Below the pieces are notes generated by a model, which searched no databases, had not been told where the DNA came from, and saw nothing but the letters and a program-made list of their open reading frames with translations. Positions 12,443 through 21,262 of a stretch of 64,000 nt of DNA are shown here, in pieces. Numbering within the stretch: the first letter of the stretch is position 1; every line of letters starts with the position of its first letter. The position numbers were made by a program, and so were the translations under genes. Location: contig CAJINV010000011.1 in assembly GCA_905178155.1 (NCBI GenBank), positions 1,822,454 to 1,886,453 of the forward strand, written 5' to 3'. This DNA is from Amoebophrya sp. A120 (lineage: Eukaryota > Protista > Dinoflagellata).

Positions 12443-15400
12443 TTATACCGGTGACGCAGTCTCTGCGTCGCTGCTGTTCTCTTGGTCCTCTGCGTTGATA
12501 CGAAGCGACGCTTCGTAACACAGACGCCCGTACTCAATCCCCCTCCTCATTTTACTCGACAAAAATGACTGTTTTGGAATTTCCGCTTTCGAAGGAAGTG
12601 CCTCCGTAGAAATTCCTTTGTCCGAAATCCAGTATCTAATCCCAATTACGTGTCCCTCCGCGGTTGTATCCGATAGCTTACACCCCCGATAAAACTCCTC
12701 CTTCAATTTCCCCGGCTCGATACCACGCAACAACAAGCGGATGAGGGTGAGGTCGTCGATGTAGCGTTTATGGCACAGGACGCCCCTCCTCCCGTAGCGG
12801 CTGCGTGGGTCTCCGTATGTTGCGGCTATCGTTCCACCCCTCTCCGCATTTATCCCAAACGCGTTGCTCACCTCGACCATCAATGGTGACCCCATCGGCC
12901 CGCCCCCAACCTGTCGCGCGATCAGGCCCATGCAGCGGCAGATAGCAAAAGTAGCGTCAAGCTTGAGACACCGCAAGACGAGATCAATATCGATGTGCCA
13001 GAAGTGTTTGTTGTCCGGCTTGTCCTTCAAGAACTGGATATTCCTCCGCGGTTTGGGTCGTGCGCGTGCTATCAGTGACGTCATTTTGATCTTCCTGTGG
13101 TACAACTTGCCAGCGCGCTGCTTGGGGTTTTCCTGCCTGTGCTCCTCGACCCTTTGGAGGTAGGGCGTGTTCTTTTCTACCGCGACAAACTGCGTCCCGT
13201 ACCCCTTAAGCTGTTGCACTCTTTCGCCGACAATCTGCATCGCGTCAGCAACTGAGCACCTAGTGAAGAAGTCTTTGACGTCAGCAGTCTGTATTGCTAT
13301 TTGCAGTCTTTGTCGCTCCTCTGGTGGGAGGTCACGCCAGAACTTGTTTATCTGCTCAAACTCCGCGATGAGCTCTTGCTGCGTGCTGAAGAGGAAGTTT
13401 TTGTAGTCGACGTCGAGGATCCGCCGGATGACCCTCGCGACTGTGGAGAAATGCCCGCCGTAGATGTGCTTGAAGTAGCTCGTTATCGGTCGGAATGCTA
13501 TTGCCCCGCCCTTCAAGTCTGTGACCTTTAAACTCCTCCCCCTAGTCACCTCGTCAAACAGTCGCTTCTTCAGCATGATCTTCAAGAACGGCCAGCGGTG
13601 GAACTTGCGGAAGCGGATGTTTGTGAGGTCCTTGGTTTTATTCTCCTTTGCAATCGAAAAGAAGCCTCCCTGCACGTCTGTGTCGTACTGCGCTAGACCT
13701 CCCCAGCCTGGAATCAACTCGTAGTCACCCTGAAGGTGGTTGATCATGCAGTGGCTGATTATTCGGTCACAACAGAAGAAGACGCTCCGCGACTTGTCAA
13801 CCTCCCCTGTGTAGCAGTGCGCCGCCAGAAGCTTAGCAACGTCCGTCACGTCGTCCTCCGTGCAGTAGGACTTACGCCTTTCCCAGTCGATCGACTTCGT
13901 TGCTATCTCCTTATCCTCTTTCTCTCCTCCTAGTGGTATGAGGCCTGGCTGTTTGGAGAATTGTTTTCTGGCTCTTCCTACTGCTGTGGCGACTTGTCCT
14001 CGGGTCGGCGCGAATGTAGCAATCCTGGTCCAGTTTACTTCTTTTCCCTGGTGTGTTGCAAGTGTGAAGCCCGACGAAACAGGCTCACAGCAAATATGTC
14101 CGTCGATCGTAGGCAACCACGGATGCCGCTCCTTCAGTTCCTGGCAAGAACAGCGAAGCGGCAGGTCGTTCCTGATCCTGTACGCAGTGTTCCGGTGCCA
14201 ATCCGCCAGCTTCGTGCCGAACATGTCCAAAAACTTCTTTCCCCTGGATTTCTTAATCCGCAGGACACGCACCGGGCCGCACCTCAGCTCTTGGTGTGTA
14301 AGCATGCGCGAAAACATGCGGCGCAGGTTGTTGAGCAGCATCGGCGTGGTCTCTGGGAGGCGGATTGTTGTGACGATGATCTTGGAGCCGCTAACAGTGG
14401 CGTCAAGGTTGGAGCGGAAAATGTAGTACTTGCCAGTAGGGAGGAGGCGTTTTGCGTGGCTGTGCAGCTGTGTAACTTCTCGCGCCGTCTTCGCCCGTAG
14501 GTAGGAGCTGATACTGTTAGACAGTCCAATCCTCTTAGACATGGACAGGATGACCCGCGCTTCTTCATCTACAAAATCCGGCAAGTCCCACTGCGCCATG
14601 GCTTCGAAAGCACGCGCGGGCTCCTTGTCGGATATCTCGAATTGTCGGCAAGGGTGTCCAGAGGTGCGTGTACTCTTGAAAACTTTCCGCCGCGGGTGTG
14701 TGATGATGAACGTCTTCACCACCCCCGCCCTGCTCTTCTCGTGTTCGCGGACAGCAGCCCCCTGGGTGTTGCTTGTCGCATGGAAATACTGGATCAAGAT
14801 GCGCTCCCCCACTGCTAAGTTTGCCTCCTTCTTCACCGGCGCGTGCATGAGTTTCACTACTATCCAGTTCGGCTCGCCGTCTCGGTGGAACAAGCCGACG
14901 AGCTTGTTCTTCCTCCCCTCTTCCGCTGCCGCCATCCAATGTGACTCCACCCGGTCTAGTTTCGCCTTGGTTGTCCTCCCCACGTAAGTTTTCCTCGTTC
15001 CCGGCCGCCATGCAAGATACAACACGTGCGTCTCCCTTTCATCCTCTGCGTTCGTGCTCGCTATCATGCGGCAAATTCGAATTTTTTCCCGTAGCCTGTT
15101 GGTGAAGCGAGTATTACTAAGTTCTAAAATCTGCATCATGAGCTGCTCATCCATTTGAAAAAGCTGTTTTCGGATCTCTTTCAAAAAAGAACGAAAGGGG
15201 GGCCGTTGTGCTGCTTGTTGTTGTCCTCGCCGCTGTGGATCTGCCCAGCTCGGAAATAGTTGATCCCTGCTCCTCGTGTGTCTGCAGTCCACCTTTCCCC
15301 ACCTATCCCTCCGGATTTCAACACAACATCCGCAGTCCTTCGTCTTTTTACAATAGCAGCACTTCTGGTAGTTTTCCATCCTCTTCAGTGTGTAGTTCCC

Positions 15401-15814
15401 AATTCCCGCCTTGATGTTCTGCACCTCGTAAAGCCGTGCAAGAGATGGAGATGTAGTTTGTAGCTGTTCGTTCAAAATTTCCAAAAAATTTAAGATGTCG
15501 CATTTTCCATACCGGAATCTGCACAGTACCCGTGAGTCGTCGTTCATCATTATAAAAGAAGTCGCCCGCTTGTTGTTCGTGAAGAAGTTTCCTGCACTTT
15601 GGCAGGTTGTAGAAGTCGAGATGATAGTGGTCGTTTTTGTATAGTTGTTTTTTACGCCAGTTGTAGCGTATACTGTCAGTCCGCAAGTTGCTCGTAGAAA
15701 ATAAAAAATAAACCCGTTCAAAATCTTTCCTGCATAGAAACTTCTGAATTGATAACCCCCCGCTGACGTGCCCTCAGTAAAGGTTGAACACCGACGAACT
15801 GCTTCCACCACCAC
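12443..15814 (-). CDS. GIY-YIG endonuclease / reverse transcriptase polyprotein (ORF2); first ATG at 15550
   Basis: GIY-YIG-like VLYLAW-x7-YVGRT...R...H...E...N; CSC...DGHIC motif; PLE-type pre-RT 'VDK'; FRPI; ADVKDFFT; GGPMGSPL; RYIDDL. Confidence 0.92.
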   Translation of the reverse strand: MVVEAVRRCSTFTEGTSAGGYQFRSFYAGKILNGFIFYFLRATCGLTVYATTGVKNNYTKTTTIISTSTTCQSAGNFFTNNKRATSFIMMNDDSRVLCRFRYGKCDILNFLEILNEQLQTTSPSLARLYEVQNIKAGIGNYTLKRMENYQKCCYCKKTKDCGCCVEIRRDRWGKVDCRHTRSRDQLFPSWADPQRRGQQQAAQRPPFRSFLKEIRKQLFQMDEQLMMQILELSNTRFTNRLREKIRICRMIASTNAEDERETHVLYLAWRPGTRKTYVGRTTKAKLDRVESHWMAAAEEGRKNKLVGLFHRDGEPNWIVVKLMHAPVKKEANLAVGERILIQYFHATSNTQGAAVREHEKSRAGVVKTFIITHPRRKVFKSTRTSGHPCRQFEISDKEPARAFEAMAQWDLPDFVDEEARVILSMSKRIGLSNSISSYLRAKTAREVTQLHSHAKRLLPTGKYYIFRSNLDATVSGSKIIVTTIRLPETTPMLLNNLRRMFSRMLTHQELRCGPVRVLRIKKSRGKKFLDMFGTKLADWHRNTAYRIRNDLPLRCSCQELKERHPWLPTIDGHICCEPVSSGFTLATHQGKEVNWTRIATFAPTRGQVATAVGRARKQFSKQPGLIPLGGEKEDKEIATKSIDWERRKSYCTEDDVTDVAKLLAAHCYTGEVDKSRSVFFCCDRIISHCMINHLQGDYELIPGWGGLAQYDTDVQGGFFSIAKENKTKDLTNIRFRKFHRWPFLKIMLKKRLFDEVTRGRSLKVTDLKGGAIAFRPITSYFKHIYGGHFSTVARVIRRILDVDYKNFLFSTQQELIAEFEQINKFWRDLPPEERQRLQIAIQTADVKDFFTRCSVADAMQIVGERVQQLKGYGTQFVAVEKNTPYLQRVEEHRQENPKQRAGKLYHRKIKMTSLIARARPKPRRNIQFLKDKPDNKHFWHIDIDLVLRCLKLDATFAICRCMGLIARQVGGGPMGSPLMVEVSNAFGINAERGGTIAATYGDPRSRYGRRGVLCHKRYIDDLTLIRLLLRGIEPGKLKEEFYRGCKLSDTTAEGHVIGIRYWISDKGISTEALPSKAEIPKQSFLSSKMRRGIEYGRLCYEASLRINAEDQENSSDAETASPV

Positions 15815-17459
15815 CTCGTCCCTGGTCCCGCACCAAATTCTTCTCGTGGCGCTGCTTGTCCACCTTCTCCTTCTGTTCGCGAATGAAGTTGATCAGCAGG
15901 ATCACCACCCAGGACGTCGCCATGGAAATACAAAAATCCTTGCCATCCTCATCGACAAACATCTGCTCCGGCACCAGCTTCCCGTTGTAGGACTCGATCA
16001 CGGAATGAAAATACTTCACGTTCGTCACCGGCATGCCCTCGCACTCGTGGAATTCCTTGATGATCATCTCAGTGGTTGCCTGCAAGTTCTCCAACGGCAG
16101 GATCTGTCCGATTATCCAGAAGCCTTGGCACAGGGCGACCCACTCCTCTTTCAGGGTTTCGACAGCGGTGCTGCGCAACTCCAGGACTCCGATGCTAATC
16201 TCCTCCTGTATCTGTTCCGCGTCCTCCTTAAAAATCGTCGCGAGGGTATCCACAGTCGCCGGCCACTGAAATAAGTTGTCAAGCGTGTTCTGCTCCTCCC
16301 GGAAAACCTTTGTGTAGTGTTGCAGACCGCGGAAGGAGATGGGGTTTTGCTTCCCAAACATCTCCGCATACTTCGCCTCGAACATGCTATTCACCTGTGC
16401 CGGCAATAACTCCTCCGCGAAGTTTTCAATTTCTTCAGCCGACTTCTGGCAGTACAACTGGAATTGACTGGGCGGCGTTTTCTCTCCAATGTTGTACCGC
16501 TCCGGGTGTTTGCTGAGTTTCTCCATGTTGTTCTGATTGTTATCACCCTCATCGTCGGACACGTAACCCCTGTTGCGTCGTAGCGGATTGTTGTACTTGT
16601 TATCGGCGAAAGTAGCGCGCCGCATCTTCTCGTGGGTGTCATCACCTCCTTTCCCATTAGAGTTGCGGTCTCTCTTCCCCGATGCTGATCCGAAGAAGCC
16701 GGCCGAGGTGCCGAAGTCCGTGGAAGGAAAGAAGGAGAACTGTTGCCCTTTTCCTGTGGTCTGTGCCTCCTGCAATTTAATTTGTTTCTCCAAGATCTCA
16801 TTTCTCAGCCGCATCTTCTCCAACTCGGTGTCTGTCGCCGCGTCACTGCTCCCTCCACCACTGCTCATCCGGGCGGACTTCTTCCAGTTGACCGGTCTTG
16901 CTGTTCCGCGCCAGTTCACCTGATTGAGCCACTCACTCTCCCCCGGATCACCGTGTTTGTTTTTGACCTCCTCGACCACCATCTGCAGCTGCTGCTTGAA
17001 GATCTCCATCGCCGCGTCGTCCCCACTTTTGTACAGCATGTCCATGAGCGAGGCGGCCTGTGCGATGTCGACGCAGTGCAGCCGGGGCACCGGGATCGGC
17101 ACGTACCTGTTGATCAGGCCTGGTTTTTCTAGTTTGTCCGCTTTTTCAATCTGTTGGTAGCAATCGCGCATGGCAGGAAGGACGCCGAACTTGTACATCG
17201 TCGCGACCGAGACCGAGCGAGCGTCGAAGTCGAAAAAGACCATGCCGTGGCGATACGAGTCGTAGTCACAAGCATCCTTATCATCTACCGGCTGCGCGAA
17301 ACCTCCCTTCGGTTGCTGTTGCTGTCCAAAACCACCAAGGCCGCCGCCAAATCCCTTCCCTCCGGTCAGCATAGCAAGCCCCAGACTTTGCATGGGGTTG
17401 GAAAACATGTTTGCACCGGTGGCCGGAGCCTGAGCAGACGCAACCTGGAAATCCGGCAT
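15774..17459 (-). CDS. Retroelement ORF1, 561 aa, unknown function
   Basis: Long intronless ATG-started ORF inside the terminal repeats. G/F-rich N-terminus and a predicted coiled coil (TELEKMRLRNEILEKQIKLQEAQ). Confidence 0.85.
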   Translation of the reverse strand: MPDFQVASAQAPATGANMFSNPMQSLGLAMLTGGKGFGGGLGGFGQQQQPKGGFAQPVDDKDACDYDSYRHGMVFFDFDARSVSVATMYKFGVLPAMRDCYQQIEKADKLEKPGLINRYVPIPVPRLHCVDIAQAASLMDMLYKSGDDAAMEIFKQQLQMVVEEVKNKHGDPGESEWLNQVNWRGTARPVNWKKSARMSSGGGSSDAATDTELEKMRLRNEILEKQIKLQEAQTTGKGQQFSFFPSTDFGTSAGFFGSASGKRDRNSNGKGGDDTHEKMRRATFADNKYNNPLRRNRGYVSDDEGDNNQNNMEKLSKHPERYNIGEKTPPSQFQLYCQKSAEEIENFAEELLPAQVNSMFEAKYAEMFGKQNPISFRGLQHYTKVFREEQNTLDNLFQWPATVDTLATIFKEDAEQIQEEISIGVLELRSTAVETLKEEWVALCQGFWIIGQILPLENLQATTEMIIKEFHECEGMPVTNVKYFHSVIESYNGKLVPEQMFVDEDGKDFCISMATSWVVILLINFIREQKEKVDKQRHEKNLVRDQGRGGGGSSSSVFNLY

Positions 17460-17466
17460 CTTGTCG

Positions 17467-18450
17467 CTGGTGGTAATGGGGAAAGACGGCTAGTCGCAGA
17501 AGGTGTAATTAAAATACGCAAGAGAATGCTTCTAAAAGAGAGTGCAGCCAGTTACAGACGAAGTAGGTAAAATTATGTTAGACAGCATGTGTGTAAGGCA
17601 CTAGGATATAACAAGAAGTAGAAGAACGGAGTAACAACAACACGCTCTAAGAAGACCACAAACAAAAAGGTAAGAAGCGAACAACTGCGGGCGACTTCAC
17701 GGAAACTCACCCCGAATACATCGGGCAACTTACTTTCAAACGGGACCTTTTTCAATCTTGATCGGCAACGCGCAGATCAAGAGAAAGAAATATCCTGCAG
17801 ATATAGCCGCGCGGAGCATTAAAAAATTACACATCTCTCTAGTTTTATTTTGCAAGTAATCATTTTTAGAGTGGGACCAGGCGAGTTGGAAAAGAAGCAG
17901 CAAAATTGGCAGAATTCCTGCTTTTTCCTTGCCTTGTAAAGCCTAAATGAACCGATATAGGTGGGGACAAGTCGTGTTATATGAGGTAGCAAAGATGCAG
18001 AAAAATGGAGCGCGTCGTCGGTGTTGAGAGAATAAAAATCACCTCGTCCCCCAACACCTCTTTACAGTCCTAAACCCGCCGACCTGAGTACACGCTTTTT
18101 TACCTAAACTGCCATACAAAAGCGTCAGAGTCACCGGATTAGCTCGGCGGAACAAGGACAGCAATACAACACAGGTATCAAAAGCAAAGCACCAGTGGAG
18201 CCACAGGGTATACTCAAGCAGGGTAAGAAACAGATTGGCTATCGTGTGTTTTTGTATCGTGCTCTCCGCCAACTTGGGATGCGTGTACTTGCAGCGTCTT
18301 TTACTTAGTCGTCCTGTGTCTGTTTTTTCTAATAAAAAGGTAAAAAAGTTTACAACATAACCCGGAAAGTCTCCTTATATGCCGTTTTTAACGAACGAAG
18401 ATACTTCTACACCTTTTCTCACACTCAGTTTTCATTTTCCCCATTACCAC
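17467..18450 (-). other. Predicted 984-nt GT-AG intron in the retroelement 5' leader, with complementary ends
   Basis: Minus strand reads AG|GTGGTAATGGGGAAA ... TTTCCCCATTACCACCAG|CGACAAG-ATG(ORF1). Confidence 0.6.
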
Positions 18451-18883
18451 CTCTCATGTATCTATTCTCGCCTGGTGTCAGTACTTCGAACATAGATTGA
18501 AAAACCGAAAAGAATGAAGATCTTGGATCTCCTCCTCGTGGTTTTTATTTACCACTGCTGCTTTTTTACCCTGTGGCTGCCTTGTTCGGACAGTGAAATG
18601 TTGCATCAGGAGCTTTCGTTTTTGTACGCAAGACGAAAGAGACGGAAAAACCAGATTTGTAATGCGGAACGCCAAAAGTTGACAAACAGAGACTATTTTT
18701 CCACATGAACATAAAAAAGAGCTTGACTTTTGTGCCCGTTTAGTCGTGTTTCACCAATCTGTCATGGTAAATAAAAGGCGAAATAGAGTGTGGCTTGCTG
18801 CTGTGGCGCGTGTGGGCAGCAATGCAGATTAAAAATCTGTGATGCTGAAAGAGGAAAAGTTTGTTCTTTTTCCGAGGCCTGAT
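18390..18883. repeat. 5' terminal direct repeat (pseudo-LTR) of the retroelement
   Basis: Second copy of 11767-12260. Confidence 0.95.
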
Positions 18884-21262
18884 CAAGTGTGGTCACCGCT
18901 GTTGGTCTACGAGTACGACTACGATCGAAACAATAAAGAACATAGACACACACATAGCTAGGTGTCGAAGGCGTCTCCCACTGGGTGCATCACCCCCGCT
19001 CGCCTCTCGTCCTTTGTCAAAAGGTACGCAGAAACTCAAAGCCTCTTCAGCCCCGATAAACTCAAGCTCCATGGCCTATTGTTCACTCAAGAAGTTTCTT
19101 GTGGCAGCCATGTGACACAATACACAGAAACAACAACGAGGTCGCGCCGTGGCACAAACAGTCGCTGTACTGCTCGCGCCCCCCTACTCTTTGCTTTCAT
19201 GCTCTCGAGTTTACATTACAATAAAAGGCAACGTCATCGGTAGATCTAGCAAGAATTCCTCGTATCAATTCCACCTTCTGCTTCAGATCTTGCAGCCGGC
19301 CCTCTCATGGTACCTACATCTTTGCTCACATGCGAAAGTGAAACCAAACACACACAAGAACAAGGCCGCTCAGCGTCGCGTTCTGTCCCCGGCAGTCACC
19401 GCATTAAAAAACGGCTTGGTAGTATTCAATGACGCTTTGACATACGAACCGGGTGTGGCGGTTGTGGGCATCAACTTTGCGGTCTGCCAGACAAAGGGGC
19501 CGGCGCCGGCGCCTGGGCGCGGCGCGCCAAAATAAACATCGCGGACAGACACCTGGATAAATTGGCGCGCATGATGTTCCAAGAGAGATGCGACAAAGAC
19601 AGTGGCGCGCCCGCCACAGCGTGCTCCCTCGAGCTGGGCCAAAGGCAACACAAACACAGCGGACTCCAAGATATCCGCCCCGGCCGCGCTCCATGCGGGC
19701 GGGCATTCATGCCGGCACACAAACCGAGCGGCTGCGTCCAGGCGCTCAGGCTTCCCCTCGTCTCCGCCACGAGAGCGCCGCGCTTACAGGCCACCACGGG
19801 CAGCAGGCTGGAATCCGGACAGCTTCGTCATGCAGCAACTCCAGCGCAAACGCGCCCCGCCTCGAGTCCAGCGCTTTCGCCTTAAAAACTGCCGTCGCTG
19901 AGAAAGCAACGCCCCACCCCGTCGACACAAGTAGCAGGCCGGAATCCACCGGGGAGAACTTCACACCGTCGCAGACATCGGCGCGGCCCAGCGCGCGCCA
20001 GTTCGCATAGCGGCCGAAGCCTCATCCGCGACAGGCGCACCGCCCCGCCACGCGGACAAGTCCGCACGGTTCTGATTGGCAGCCGGCTGGACGTGGTTGC
20101 GCGGCGCACCATGTCGATCGTCGCCGTCATCGCCTTGCTGCTCAACATCTTCAGGAGCTAGTATCAACCCGCCCCCCGCGGGCACCGCGGGGGCCGGTAT
20201 CGAAAGAAAAGCACCATTGTGATCAAGGATATTCTGGCTATCACCACCTGAAGGCTGCATGTGTTGAAGCTTTGCTCGAGCATACATGGTGTTACCCAGT
20301 AAACAAAGGGTTGAAAAGAGGAAGGGTCTAATTCGGCAACAAGTACTTCCGCTCCTTCGACATTTTTCCTCTGGACCACTCCCCGACATACAAATATGAT
20401 AAACCACAATGTCAATGTCATGATATGTAATTCCGCACAATTCTGCTTTCTGCCTCAAATCTTGCAGCCGGCTCTCTCATGATACATTTTCGCTCGCATG
20501 CGAAACCAACAACACACGAGAAGTAAAAGACGGCTCAGTAAAAAGAAGCGTTCGAACATGACATCGCAATATGGTAGCCAGTCGTGCATCTTTTTCTCCC
20601 AATTCCTCTACGTCTGTGCTCTTCATAAGTAGGTGCGCGTCGGCACTGCGTCTTTTTCGGTCCAATAAACAAGAAATGCAACTGCCTGTGAGCATTGCCT
20701 CGTCGCGCAGAAGACATGATGACTCATGCTCGTCTTTTGCGTTTCTATCGCGCATCAAATAAGCGAAGCGCTGTTTTCGTGCAGGAGAAGGCGAAAAAAA
20801 AGCTATAAAGCTCTTTCTGTTCGCATATTATCTGCTGAAGTTGTAGTTGTTTCAATCTGAACATCGACCGCCGTTATTCCACCGCATTAAAAAACGGGTT
20901 GGTAGTATTCAGCGACGCTTTGAGCGACGAACCGGGTGTGGCGGTTGTGGGCATCAACTTTGCAGTCCCCCTTCCAGCCCCGCTTAACCCTCCCAAGCTG
21001 GCCGGCTGCCGTACAGGAGTTTGCAATTGCGAAGGAAGGGCTGGCGGCCGCAATTTTTGCTTCCCCGGCAGAGAGGTGCTGCTCCCAGACCGTGCGCCTG
21101 CTCCGCCCGGCAGTTCTGAAGCTAGCAGCTTCACTTGCTTTTGTAGTGACGAAACCTAGTGTGTGATTTTCGTTTGTAAAACAAGAGGACACAGGATGAA
21201 CTACAATTATTCAGAAACGTACTATCGCGATCATCGCTGCTCCTGCGAGCTTCATATGCTGA

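Larger units (their letters stand above)
11767..18883 (-). mobile_element. Penelope-like retroelement (N-terminal GIY-YIG, Naiad/Chlamys-type order) with extra ORF1 and 494-bp terminal direct repeats
   Basis: Two uninterrupted ORFs lie between near-identical direct repeats. ORF2 has GIY-YIG followed by PLE-type RT motifs. No integrase, protease or RNase H motif was seen. TGATCAA is present at both junctions. Confidence 0.88.

Noticed and set aside
12443-15814. Selenocysteine recoding as in some Naiad elements
   Set aside because: ORF2 has no in-frame TGA.
11767-18883. LTR retrotransposon or DIRS interpretation of the direct-repeat-flanked element
   Set aside because: No TG...CA ends and no protease, RNase H, integrase or tyrosine recombinase motifs. 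The RT and GIY-YIG motifs are Penelope-like.
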